From the NCBI GenBank assembly GCA_021613535.1, contig CP075492.1, positions 1,550,001 through 1,614,000 of the forward strand: a DNA stretch of 64,000 nt, in the 5' to 3' direction. The DNA is from Adineta vaga (Eukaryota; Animalia; Rotifera). This document shows, piece after piece, positions 26,942-41,900 of the stretch. Every line of letters starts with the position of its first letter. Position 1 is the stretch's first letter. The notes beneath the pieces were generated by a model. The model was not told the DNA's origin. It made no database searches and saw nothing but the letters and a program-made list of their open reading frames with translations. A program made the position numbers and the translations under genes.

Positions 26942-29900
26942 GTATGTAAATAAATATTACTTTCGCTACACTAACATCAATACAAATCAGTCATATAAAA
27001 TGAGCCAAACATATCAGCAAAAGAAACATGGCTCATTTCATATAGAAAGAACGGAGAAATCTAAATGCGAGTGCTAGAATTAACATTATTACTAGACTGT
27101 CAAAAAACATTCTATTTCCAAAACAGAAAAAAATTACTCAGAACTCAGAGATATCATTTCCGTAACAGAACAATTATGTTTTGTTTTGAGGGTTTTAACC
27201 TCCGATTTATAAGTACTTGTTCCATTTTAAGAGTAATAATTCTGGATTTTTGGTATTATTGTTCGATTAGAAGAACGATACATACGATATCAAAACGCTA
27301 TATATTCACAATAGGAGTAGTATGAATTACTGGACTCTACTTGAGCTCACTTCACATTATCATAAACGAATGATATTGCTTATTCAAATTTAGTATGATA
27401 ACGAAAAGTAGTCTTATAAACATTGTTATCATAATAACAACAGAATATGTCAAAAGATAATATTTTGATCTGTTCTTTGTAGCAGTCTAATTGGATCTAT
27501 TGTTATTAATTGCAAATCTAAATGATAGAATAGCAGACATAATTGTTACAATCTAACAATGTGCACGTTTACCAATTCGACAAAAATAAATAGTTAGATG
27601 CGAATCTAGTTATATATGGCAGATACTACACAATAAACGCGCATAAGTTTATTCATTATTCTATCAATCAAACTATGTTAATTGATTTTATAAATAAGAT
27701 TTGTATAAAAGAGTTGAAAACGAAAATATGTTGAAAGTTCTAAAACTTCAAGCTCCCTGCATTTCTACACTTTCACTCTTAACCTTATTTAGACTTTCAT
27801 TAGTACCCTTTCTGGCTATTTCTTGGGTAAAGATATAAGACATAAACAGATAATCTATCTATCTTTTTATTTCATCCAAAGAAATCGCATCTATACTGTG
27901 TCTGCCTCATTCTTATACAGCACTTGAAACGTACAGTATTACTTTAGAGAAAAACAATAACTTCCACAGACAACTTATGAAAAGAAGGCGAAAATCAGTA
28001 CTAAGCATGAGCACATGTGTCAAAGTATGATGCGAAGCGAAGTAGAGAGATGAAGTGTTGTATAGCTGATATGTTGTGTTAGAAAAAAGCATCAATATAT
28101 GAGGAGAAAAAGAAACGACAACTGTATACGACGGACAGGATCCTAAAATCAGCAAATCAAGTATTCGGTGCTTTATTGGAATGTTTTTTGGAGCACAGCT
28201 ATAATCGATTTCAATACTAGGTCGAGGGAGGTCCAGAAGAGTACTGCGCTACTTGATTTCAACTTTCTCAAAATTCAGGATCAAAATCAAAATTCACTTA
28301 TTTTCGAACAACTCATCAGTCACAACCACATTAGCTATCCCTTGAATCAATATTCAATCAACTCTTAAATAGAGAGAGTATATCAAATAATACTTAGCCA
28401 AAATGTTATATTGTGCTCTCTACGATAGTAATACTTCCATTGTTTTGCAAATCATGTATAACCATTTTAGCGCCCGCATCATATGCGCAAGGTCGTATTT
28501 GGCTCGATGAACAAATGCGATTCGATCCTGATCATCCACAAGTGGCAATCTATAACATGCCTTTCGTTTATCACCTCTCTCCAAACAATACCATATCAGT
28601 TAAACAATTACAGCATGCACTCTATCTTACTGTCAACAAACATCTTTCACTTCATACAGCATTCATCTTCGACAAGGATAAAAATATATTGATGCAACGA
28701 GTTATGCAAGTAAATAAAAACCAGAAGACACTATTTGCGTTTATTGAGAGTATTTATGAAACACAAGAACAACTCAACAATATCATTCGCGAAACGAAAT
28801 GCTCAACTCTTCAATCTTGCTCAAGGTCTTGTCTTTCGATGTCATCTTGTTTATTACAAACAAATATCTTTCGAAATGCTACTCTCAGAGAAAGATGTAA
28901 TCATCTTCAACTTTCATCATGCAGTATTTGATTTTCCATCAATGAACATATTTGTTCACGATCTTAATCAAGCATATATAACAGGTCAACTACTTGATGG
29001 CAATAATGAAACTAATCTTCGTTATCTCGATTGTAAGTATACACACTTATTGCACTTTTCTCTTTCTCATATGTCAATCATCGTCATTTTCTAGATGCTG
29101 CCATCGAACAACAAATACCAATGACTGGCGCACAAATGTTTTGGCTTGATACTCTACATAATAGTAAACTTGATCAATCTCTTTCATTGCCATACGACCG
29201 ATATCGTCTTGCAAATGAACATCGAACTGGTCGTGGAACATCGATTTCTTTTGATTTTGGACAAGATCTTTCACGTTACTTTCTTTCGTATGCATCGACA
29301 AATAACATGTCACTTGAATATTTGTCACTCATCACTTACTTCATCTTCTTATTCAAATTAACTAATGGAGAAAAAGACCTATGTATTGGAATGAACACAG
29401 AGGGACGTTATCGAGATGAACTTCAATCAATCATTGGAATGTTCGTGAATGCTACTCCTCTACGATGTCAACTTAATCCTCATTTAACCTTTCACACCTT
29501 CTTCGAACAAATGCGATCATTGATCAGCAATACTATGAAATATTCATATTTTCCACTCCAGCGTATTCTTGCTCAACATCCTCATCTATCAAATCCTGCA
29601 TTTCTTGATACATCATTCGAGTTTATAGCATCTATGGCAAATGTTGATGAAAACAAAATAATGCTTGGCGATAATGCACTTATTTTAGCACCATATTCGA
29701 TTGAGATTAGTGAAGATGAAATCATGAGTAAATTTGATTTCATTCTTAGTTTTAATTATAATTCCAATCTGAATGAACTCTCGTGTAAAATCGATGCATC
29801 ATTAGATTTGTTTCACGTAGAAACTGTCACTAAGATTTCACAACAATTTCATTCAATGTTACATCAATTATCTACATCTATTTATAGTCAATCGAAGAAA

Positions 29901-32900
29901 CCACTCTATGAGTTGTCAATAACATTACCCTATGAACATTTACTTCTACAATCAATGAATAATACAGAAATATCATTTCCATCTGTCAAATGTATTCATC
30001 ATGAATTTGCTTTAAAGGCGATCACATATCCACAAAAACTGGCTGTTGAATTAGATGAACAATCGTTGACATATTGTGAACTGTTATATTATGTTCAAGT
30101 GTTATCTTTGAATCTTCTAAATGAGTATCATATCTCTCCAGGTGAAATCATTTGTCAGTGTGTTGAGAGAAGTATATCAATGGTAAGTTGATGAATGAGA
30201 GAAGTATCTGTTCATGTTGATGTGAGATTATTGTTTGATATCCAGGTTATTGGGATGATGGCGATTGAAATGGCAGGTGGTGTATATTGTCCATTATCAC
30301 CTCGAGATCCACCACATCGCCTACATATGCTTGTAGACCAAACACAAAGCCGATTTGTGCTTGTTCATTGGTTAACAAACAAAAAGATACATCATGAAAT
30401 TATCATGATCAATATTGATATGATATTAACTAATAATGAAATACAAAATGCTATAGGCTTTGACCATTTGTCAAACATCGTAGTGACACGAGAAAATATT
30501 GCATACATCATTTTTACAAGTGGCTCAACTGGAGTACCGAAAGCGGTTCGTTGTTGCTTATTTCTTTTTGTTGAAACAATCGTTTTCTCTTTCACTTTAG
30601 GCCCAAGTACGACATGGGAATTTCAATGAATGCATGCATTCTTTGACCTTTATAAATTCGTTTAATGAAAATGATACAGCACTACAAATGGCACGATGTT
30701 CATTCGATATTCATGTTCAAGAAATACTTGGCATTTTATCGAAAGGTGGTTCCTTGATTATGCTTCGTCCTGGAGGAACTATTGATTTTGATTATTCATC
30801 CAAAGTGTTATACAACAAACAAATTACATACATGCACACTGTTCCAAGTTTGCTTTTTCATTTCTTCACTTTTATCAATCAACATGACAAGGGTCATGTT
30901 ATAAAATATCTTCGATCACTTTGCAGCAGTGGTAAGTTGATCAGTATATAGATATTTAGATGGGGCGGTCTACTCCGTATGTAGTCATTGCTACAGTCGT
31001 TTTGTCACTGCGCGATTTTGAGTCAATGGATAAAGGACTACAAAAATTACATACTGTGATAATATGACTGAATACAGTGTTATTTTCATGCACTGCCAGT
31101 CTCTATTTATGGGCAGGAGACCTACAGGCGTATGACGAAACGTACCGTTATATCTATCTATTCACATATTTTATCTGATTCAATTTTCTTTTTTAAAAGG
31201 AGAACCATTTAATGCCAAATTAATACATTTAATTGAAAACATCAACATATTAAAATGTAATGTTTGGAATTTATATGGTCCAGCGGAGGCAACCATTGAT
31301 TGTACTGTTCATGTTATAAATCATACAATCGACGCTGAAAACATCCCGATAGGTAAACCACTTTCAAACTATTGTCATTCAGTTTTGGATGAACATTGGC
31401 AAAGTGTATTGATAAACCAAGAAGGAGAGCTACTTGTTGGAGGAGTAGGCGTCTTTGCTGGTTATCTTGGCCGTGACAATTTAACATCGAAAGGGATGGT
31501 TTATATCAATGATGTGTTGTTTTATCGAACTGGTGATCTTGTCAAGATAGATCATCATAATCTTATTCGATATCAAGGAAGAAAAGATTTTCAAATCAAA
31601 TTACATGGACAAAGAATTGAACTTGGTGAAATTGAACGATGTCTACTGAGTATATCATCCATCTCAGCTTGTGTTGTCATCAAATGGGGTGAAGATCATC
31701 TTGTTGCTTATGTTCAAAGTTCAGTCATAAATGAGAAGGAATTACTTGACCATTGCCAATCACATCTTCCACCACATATGATTCCATCTCGCTTCATTAT
31801 TCTTGATAAATTACCTCTAAATGCAAATGGAAAAATTGATCGGAAACGTCTTCCATCACCTGATTTGGCCTCATTGACTATGTCACACGATAATTCGGTT
31901 GATGCTCCATTCAATGAATTAGAATGTCGTATATGTGATGTTTGGCGACAAGTTCTAAATTATAAAGGAGATAATATTTCGAGAACTACGAACTTTTTTA
32001 CCATTGGTGGTCATTCACTCTTATTCATTGAACTTTATCATCGTTATCAATCATTGTTTAATTTTGATACTCACAAACTTTTGATGAGCTCCTTTCTTCA
32101 GCAACCAACTATATTTCAACATTCACAACTACTTCAAACAATTACAAACAATGATGTGCAAGCAACAATATGGCATCCATTGCATATTAATCGAAGTAAG
32201 TGTATTTACAGGAAAATTATTCAATAAACTCATATATTCTTTTGTTTATTCTATAGGTATTGCTTCTTTTGCCCAAGAACGAATCTCTCTTGATGAGCAA
32301 GTTCGTTTTTCAAATCGTATCGGTATTTATAATGAACTTATTGTACTGAGAGTTGCTCATGGATCATTATCCTTAACACGTTTAACGGAAACTTTTCAAT
32401 ATATCTTGAGCAAATATAAAATATTACGTACATCTATCAAGTTTAACACTAATAATGGCGTCTTAGAACAATATATTAAAGATAATGATAACACATTCAC
32501 AATAGTGGCGAATCAAACTTTCGAAGATGAAAATGAACTTCAAAATATAATTATTCAAATAACTTTTGATCCTCATTTGTTTGATTTGTCAATAGGTCGT
32601 GTTTTTCATTGTCAAATACTTCAACATCAGAACTCAGTAAACAAAATTAATGATAATCAACTAGTTAAAAGTTCTGATGTTCTAGTCATTGCTTTTCATC
32701 ATGCAGCATATGATCGATCATGTAGACCGATTTTTTTTAGTGATTTCTGCTTTGCTTATAATAATGCTGCAGAATGGTCAAAGAAAGACGATGAAGAAGC
32801 ATTACAATATATTGATTATACTATACATGAACGTCAAATTGACATGACATCATCACAAGAATTTTGGTCTTCACAATTAAAAACATATGATTTTCAACAT

Positions 32901-35900
32901 CCATTATTATTACCGTATGATCGATCTCGTTCATCCATTCACCAGCGATCTGGTTTAGCTTCTACCATTCATATCACACTTAACAATCATATAACTACAT
33001 CGTTTGTAAATTATGCATCATCACATCATCTTACACTTTTTCAACTTGGATTATCCATATTTTATGTATTTCTATTTCGATTAACTCGTGACGATGATCT
33101 ATGCATTTCTTGTCTTAATGCCAATCGATATCGAGCTGAATTGCAGAATATAATAGGAATGTTTGTTTCGACACTACCATATCGTTGTCAACTTGATCAT
33201 CAATTGCCGTTTAATGAATTTGTTTACTATGTAAAGGAAATGTGTTTATCAATTCTTGAACATTCTCATTATCCACTTCAACATATTGTCAATGATTTTC
33301 ATCTTAATCATTCTAATGTTGAATTTCTTGAAATATTGTTCGATTTTATTACTTTGTCCAATGATACAAATTATTCATTGATGCATGATATAAAATTAGA
33401 ATCATTACTAATAGGACAATCGTATGAATTAGCTAAATTTGATTTTATGTTAACATTTATTTATAATCCAACATTTGAAGATGGCACATTATCATTTAGC
33501 TTGACTGTTTCTGATGATTTATTTGATAAGAGATCTGTTGCAAATACAGCTGAACGATTTTCATATTGTATAGAACAATTGTTTCAACCGAATAAAATAG
33601 TGAATGATGTGGACATCAGTGTTACGACTGTATCGAAACTTAGTCTTATATTGCCGAAGGAGGTGAAGGAAACTGATAATGTTATATTTCAGCGACAATC
33701 AAACATTATGTTTGAAGGTAGTTTGCTCGTTTCTGTTTTTTGTCCTGTTGAAGATACATACTTTATTCAAGAAAGCTCTTCGGAATGTCCTGTAATCGGT
33801 AGATATACACCCTAAAAAAGTTGGTACCCTATGAAAGCTTTCAAAAAGGCTCTGTATATGTCAGAAAGCTCTCTAATGCGTTTAAATGTCAAAAGTAACA
33901 GTTATTGAAATCTGTGAACATCTGAGTTTCTTAGATTGCTTTTAGGATGAAAACCATCCTACACGAAACCTTTTAAAGTTGGGTGAAGCAAAGAAGGAGA
34001 TTCTGCAGGAGAATCCGCATTGCTAAAGGTTCTTTATTAAATCCACAGGCTGTGGACAAAATTCCGTCGATTTTGCGGGTATTTTTTACGAAACTTTTCA
34101 ACTTAATAGGAAGTTTTGAAGGTTTCTAGTTTTACACGCCATATTTGTGAAGACTTTCATATGATATGGATCTGCTTTAGAGTTTACTTTTTCCTATCGA
34201 AACTGTATTAGGTTACGTTCGTTTGATTAATTTGAGCGTCCCAGAAAATAAAAAGTTTATCTAGTTTTACTTTCCGATGGAGATTCTATTATCTTTCACA
34301 TCTTTTTTCGTCTGACATAAGAAATATGAAAGGATTAACATAAGTATAGTTACAATGTGAGTGAAAATGAAACATTCTCTATGGAAAAGAGTAACAGGAT
34401 AATTACCAGTTTTTGAAGTTCCATATGTCTTTAACACGTTGTTGTGTTATTAATGTATCAAAAAACAATTACAAGAAAACGCGACAGGTATTTGATGCAC
34501 ATTTCGATGTGCGTACTTCTGATAGTTTTAAAGTTTAACCCACCGTAAAATACTAGACATTTTGTTCTCAGTATTGTAAGTTTGAATAAAAAATAAGGAA
34601 ATTGCTCTCTTTGTCTGATGTTCACTTGCTCATTTGCTCTGAATCGATCAGACTTTAGTAATAAAGAGCGCATCCATAGATGAGCTTCTAAAGGCATGGT
34701 TATAGTCTAAGTGGACTACTAATGTGAGTATAGACATTGGTGTAGACTGTGTAGTGTGTATAAATATCTACTGATAATGATCAAGGCTTTGCGAGTACGT
34801 GCATCTGTGAAGCTGGCTCTACGATAATACGAACGTCTAGTAAAATGCATCACTTCGTACATACGATTTTGCTAAATTTTCAATAATAAAATTCTTTTCT
34901 TCGGTTTTCACCGCCATTCCCACAATAAAAGCTATGTGAAATACTAAAACCAACTCCGTATTAGAAGCCCCCTCTCAGGTGACCAATGTGTACTCTGTAA
35001 AAAGAACCGGGTGATAGTGAACCATCAAAGGTTTTAGCGACGATCCAGAACCTTTTTTAATGGTTCTAGAATAAGAATCTAAAACCTTTTTTAGTTCCGC
35101 AAGTCTCGCCAAACCATTTAAAGTTCTAGATTTTTTTGCTCGAACCTAAAGAGGTTCTGAAAATGGTATCGAAAAAAAGGTTCAGTGTATCAACTTTGTT
35201 TTTACAGAGTATAGCGCATTAGAGGCCCCCTGAATTTTAAAAACTTTTTGGATGGTTTTTGAGGATCTAAATTAGTTTTTTTACAGCGAATTTTGAGAAA
35301 TAAAAAGGGTTTGATGTTAAAAAAGTAGCAAAACTTCAAAGAACGATTGACAGTCTCTCAAAGATCTGTAAAAAACTCCAAGAACTTTATTACTTGGAGT
35401 TTTCGAAAAAATGAAGGGACATACTAGGAGCCCCATCCAGTAATTTCTTACGCTTGCCACATAAAAATTTCTCGGGGACTTCTAATATGGGGAGGGGTTT
35501 AGCATATCCACAACAAAAAGGATCAAGGATCTTGCCACAAGTCTTATGATACGGTTTTCTCATTGATATTTGTGAAAAAAAAACATGTATAATGTCAACA
35601 CGTGTTGACATATTCGCTACCGTAATAAAACTGTCGACTACATGAACAATGACGAATAATTTCATTCACTACAAGCAGTATGTAAATACAATGTGCTTAG
35701 TGCTGTTATAATCATTTTCTTCAGTTTTCTTAAGTCGGTGAAACACGTACTCAATGCTTTAATGCATTCAATGTTAGAGCACATCTATAAACCCTTCCGC
35801 CATTCGACAAACTATAGTCCAAAAGACCGACGCCTTACCTGTGTTTAACTTTTTCATACTTCAAGCTCACAAAATAATGTGCAGTTCTTCTAAACAACTC

Positions 35901-38900
35901 ATCTTTAAACCCAGCAGTTAACTACCACTTACACGACCACTGAATCTACTTTAGGAGAAAGAGGCTACATAAAATAATCAGCACACAAAGTATTAAACAG
36001 TGTTCCCTTCATCATCCATGCTCCTATTGTTACACAAACCTACTATAATTATTGCAGCACCAACATCCCATGCACAAGGTCGTATTTGGCTCGATGAACA
36101 AATGCGATTCGATCCTGATCATCCACAAGTGGCAATCTATAACATGCCTTTCGTTTATCATCTTTCTCCAAACAATACCATATCAGTTAAACAATTACAG
36201 CATGCACTCTATCTTACTGTCAACAAACATCTTTCACTTCATACAGCATTCATCTTCGACAAGGATAAGAATATATTGATGCAACGAGTTATGCAAGTAA
36301 ATAAAAACCAGAAGACACTATTTGCGTTTATTGAGAGTATTTATGAAACACAAGAACAACTCAACAATATCATTCACGAAGAGAAACGAAATGCTCAACT
36401 CTTCAATCTTGCTCAAGGTCTTGTCTTTCGATGTCATCTTGTTTATTACAAACAAATCTCTTCTGAAATGCTACTTTCGGAGAAAGATGTAATCATCTTC
36501 AATTTTCATCATGCAGCATTTGATTTTCCATCAATGAACATATTTGTTCATGATCTTAATCAAGCATATATAACAGGTCAACTACTTGATGGCAATAATG
36601 AAACTAATCTTCGTTATCTTGATTGTAAATATACACACTTATTGCACTTTTCTCTTTCTCATATGTCAATCATCGTCATTTTCTAGATGCTGCCATCGAA
36701 CAACAAATACCAATGACTGGTGCGCAAATGTTTTGGCTTGATACTCTACATAATAGTAAACTTGATCAATCTCTTTCATTACCATACGATCGATATCGTC
36801 TTGCAAATGAACATCGAACTGGTTGTGGAACATCGATTTCTTTTGATTTCGGACAAGATCTTTCACATTACTTTCTTTCGTATGCATCGACAAATAACAT
36901 GTCACTTGAATATTTGTCACTCATCACTTACTTCATCTTCTTATTCAAATTAACTAATGGAGAAAAAGATCTATGTATTGGAATGAACACAGAGGGACGT
37001 TATCGAGATGAACTTCGATCGATCATTGGAATGTTTGTGAATGCTATTCCTCTACGATGTCAACTTAATCCTCATTCAACCTTTCATACCTTCTTCGAAC
37101 AAATGCGATCAGTGATCAGCAATACTATGAAATATTCATATTTTCCACTCCAGCGTATTCTTGCTCAACATCCTCATCTATCAAATCCTGCATTTCTTGA
37201 TACATCATTCGAGTTTATAGCATCTATGACAAATGTTGATGAAAACAAAATAATGCTCGGTGATAATGCACTTATTTTAGCACCATATTCGATTGAGATT
37301 AGTGAAGATGAAATCATGAGTAAATTTGATTTCATTCTTAGTTTTAATTATAATTCCAATCTGAATGAACTCTCGTGTAAAATCGATGCATCATTAGATT
37401 TGTTTCACGTAGAAACTGTCACTAAGATTTCACAACAATTTCATTTCATGTTATATCAATTATCTACATCTCTTTATAGTCAATCGAAGAAACCACTCTA
37501 TGAGTTGTCAATAACATTACCCCATGAACATTTACTTGTACAATCAATGAATAATACAGAAATATCATTTCCATCTGTCAAATGTATTCATCAGGAATTT
37601 GCTTTAAAAGCGATCACGTATTCACAAAAACTGGCTGTTGAATTAGATGAACAATCGTTGACATATTGTGAATTGTTATATTATGTTCAGGTATTATCTT
37701 TGAATCTTCTAAATGAGTATCATATCTCTCCAGGTGAAATCATTTGTCAGTGTGTTGAGAGAAGTATTTCGATGGTAAGTTGATGAATGAGAGAAGTATC
37801 TGTTCATGTTGATGTGAGATTATTGTTTGATATCCAGGTTATTGGGATGATGGCGATTGAAATGGCAGGTGGTGTATATTGTCCATTATCACCTCGAGAT
37901 CCAGAAGATCGTTTGTATAAATTGATCGAACAAACTCAAAGTCGACTTGTTCTTGTGCATTCATTGACTAAGTCCAAGTTCAATCATGATATTGTCATAT
38001 TGCATATTGATGCACTCTCAATTGTCGACGTCGTTTTAAATAATATTGTTGATAATGGATTAATAAATGTCATTGTAACACCTGATAGTGTAGCTTATAT
38101 CATTTTTACAAGTGGTTCAACTGGGATACCGAAAGCAGTTCGTATATAGATATGTCTTGAAAATATCTTTTACTTCTGTTTTTCGTAGGTTCAAATTCGA
38201 CATCAAAATTTCTATCAATATATGCATTCTTTGATTTGTGCAAAAACATACACTGAAGATGACGTCGTTATACAAATGTCACGATGTTCATTTGATGTTC
38301 ATCTTCAAGAAATATTTGGTGTATTGATGGTGGGGGCTGCAGTGATTATGCTTCATCCGAAGGGTATTTTCGATTTTGAATATCTGTCACAAGTCTTAGA
38401 TGAGAAACAGGTGACATATATGGAGAGTGTACCTAGTCTACTTTACACTTTTCTCACTTATGTTGACAAGTATCTTTCTGGTAATGGTATCAAATATCTG
38501 CGATCCATTTGCAGTGGTGGTAAGTGATGAACAATAACATATATTAAGATGTTAACATTATATTTTGATTTTCCTAGGCGAATCATTTTCTCCGAAATTG
38601 ATCGGTTTATTCAGTGAGACAAGTACACAAAATTGTTCTATATACAATTCATATGGCCCATCTGAAGTAACAATAAGTTCTACTTTTTTCTCGATCGATA
38701 TACACAATCACACGAATACGGTACCAATTGGCGTACCATATCCTACATATCTTTGTGCTATTTTGGATGAATCTTTTCAAAATACTGTTGTCAACAAAGA
38801 AGGGGAACTATTTATAGGAGGAGTAGGTGTCTTTGCTGGTTATCTTGATCGTGATGATTTGACATCGAAGGTACTCATCTATATTGATGATGAATTATTC

Positions 38901-41900
38901 TATCGAACTGGTGATCTTGTCAAGATAGATCATCATAATCTTATTCGATATCAAGGAAGAAAAGATTTTCAAATCAAATTACATGGACAAAGAATTGAAC
39001 TTGGTGAAATTGAACGATGTCTACTGAGTATATCATCCATCTCAGCTTGTGTTGTCATCAAATGGGGTGAAGATCATCTTCTTGCTTATGTTCAAAGTTC
39101 AGTCATAAATGAAAAGGAATTACGTGACTATTGTCAATCACATCTTCCACCACATATGATTCCATCTCGCTTCATTATTCTTGATAAGTTACCTCTAAAT
39201 GCAAATGGAAAAGTTGATCGAAACGTCTTCTATCACCTGATTTCGCTTCTCTCTCTTCAATAAATCTCAACGATGCTAACCAATTGTTAGAACCAACAAG
39301 TGAAATTGAATCTATTATCCATCGCATATGGTGTGATCTATTGAAACAAAAACAAATCTCTATAAATACAAACATATTCACTATTGGTGGTCATTCATTA
39401 ATTATCATGCAACTTCTGCATCGATTTAAAGTAGAATTTCGATTGGAAATAAACTCAATTGCCATTAGTGATCTATTTCAACATCCAACAATCATTGATC
39501 ATGCACAACTTATTCATCAGATTGTACACTTCAAATTGAATAAAGATAATTATTGTTGGCATTCATTAAATATCCTCACAGGTAAAGGTATAATTTGAAA
39601 AATACTCTAATAATTATATTCTATTTCTTATTTAAGCTAAAGCATCGTTTGCCCAAGAACGCATTTTCTTAGATGAAAACATTCGCTTTTGTGCTTCTGC
39701 AATAGATGATATTACAAATATGTATGTTATTCCATTAATATATCGTGTTTCATCGCTAAATATTCATCATATATCAATTTCACGATTATATCATGCATAT
39801 CAATGTATTATTAGAAAACATAAGATTCTTCGAACAGCACTTTACCTTGATCGAAATGGTGTCATTGTACAAGACTGTCGAAATACGAAGTACTCACAAT
39901 GATATCGAAACATATGCTTTTTCAATAGTGAATGTCTCCAAAGAAGATCATGATAAGAGTGAAGCTGTGAAGAGAATCTTGAATAAATCTGATTTATTTG
40001 ATTTATCAAAAGGACATGTCATTAATTGTCATATTCTTCGTTCTCAGAATAGTTCAAATGAAAATGATGATGACATGTTGACTAGAGATGATTTGATATT
40101 ATTTACTATTCATCATGCTTTCTTTGATGGTGCATCAACATCAATCTTTATTCGTGATCTTTCTCTTGCTTATCAAGACGATAGTTCGCTTTTTGTTGAT
40201 GTCAATTCATTTCAATATATTGATTATTCTATTCATGAACATATTATGGCTATGACATTAGCTCGTGAATTTTGGTTTGCTCAACTTCATGGATGTGATC
40301 TTCAACATTCATTATCATTACCATATGATCGATCTCATTCATCAAACCACCACCGATCTGGCTTAGCTTCTACAACTCAAATAACATTAAATGATTCGTA
40401 TGTACATCATTTCTACATTATGCATCATCACATCATCTGACACTTTTTCAACTTGGACTATCGATATTTTATGTATTTCTATTCAAATTAACTCACAATG
40501 ACACTGATTTGTGTGTTGGCACTATCAATGCCAATCGATATCGATCTGAATTATATAATATGATAGGAATGTTTGTAGCAACATTACCATATCATATTCA
40601 ACTCAATGCAGATTGGTCATTTGATGAACTTGTTCATCATGTAAGAGAAATGTGTGTATCAATTCTTGAACATTCTCATTATCCACTTCAACACATTCTC
40701 AATGACTTTCATCTCAATCAATCTAATCTTAGATTTCTGGAAACAATCTTCGATTTTATCACTTTGTCCGAAAATGAGACGTACTTATCGATGAATGATA
40801 CAAGATTAGAAGAAGTATCATTAGATCAATCATATGAAGTTAGTAAATTTGATTTCATGTTATCATTTGTTTATAATCCAACATTAGAAAATAATATCAA
40901 ATTGTCATTCAATTTGATATGTTCTCATGATTTATTTGATGAGAAATCTGTCGCAACTATAGCCGAACGATTTTCGTATTGTATGGAACAATTGTTGTTT
41001 CGATCGAATGAAACAGTGGATGAAGTGAAGACCTGTGTGAACACTGTATCGAAAGTTAACCTAATATTACCGAAGGAAGGAAATGAAATCAATGATGTTA
41101 TATTTCAGCGACAATCAAATATCACAAATGAAGGTAGGTTTATGTTCTCATTAAAAATCTATTGCAGCTAAAGAGGGATATTACGAGTAATCTCGTATAT
41201 AAGTATCTTGCGTAGAAGTTAACTATGATTGTTAGAATTTGCATATGCATATGGTTTTTGCAGACTTTTTCCTCTTACGGGTAGTGATATCTACATCCAT
41301 ACTGTCTAATATTCTGATAAGCATTGTGGGCATTATGTTAGTGTAGGATTCATGAGAAGTGGCTCATTCGAGAAAAATTTCTCGTTCACGATTTGTTGAG
41401 ATTTAAACACAATATCGTGTCGATATATATCGATTAGCATAAGCACTCTACCATCGCAACTATTTAAGATGTATTTTTTTCAGTGGCAACGCATGTTTGA
41501 ATGCTGTAGTTAGCTACCATTGGCAGGAACACTGAATTTCACAGATGCGAAAATACGAGCTCAAATGGTGCTCTGATCTTATGTAAATTCTATATAAATT
41601 AAATATATCTCTGATGATTCGATGTTTTGATACATATTGATCTTCTATGGTCTAAAAACTTATGATCGGTTAGCTAACACTGTTGTATACTTTCATGTAC
41701 TGTCATGGACTACTGTGTATTGATCAACTTTGGTTATAGAAAATTGAGAAACGGATAGCGTGTATTCTGATGTACTGACTTACTCTGGTTCTAAGAAACG
41801 TAGAATCGGTTACGTTAATGTGTCAAGCTCTGTTATTTATTTAATCTTTGGTTTTAATCGTCCAATTATTCCATTTCAGAGTTGAATATCACAATATTTA

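Noticed and set aside
32257-33717. Post-T domains as canonical epimerases
   Set aside because: E-specific motifs are absent and C-type motifs are present; kept as an open question under findings.
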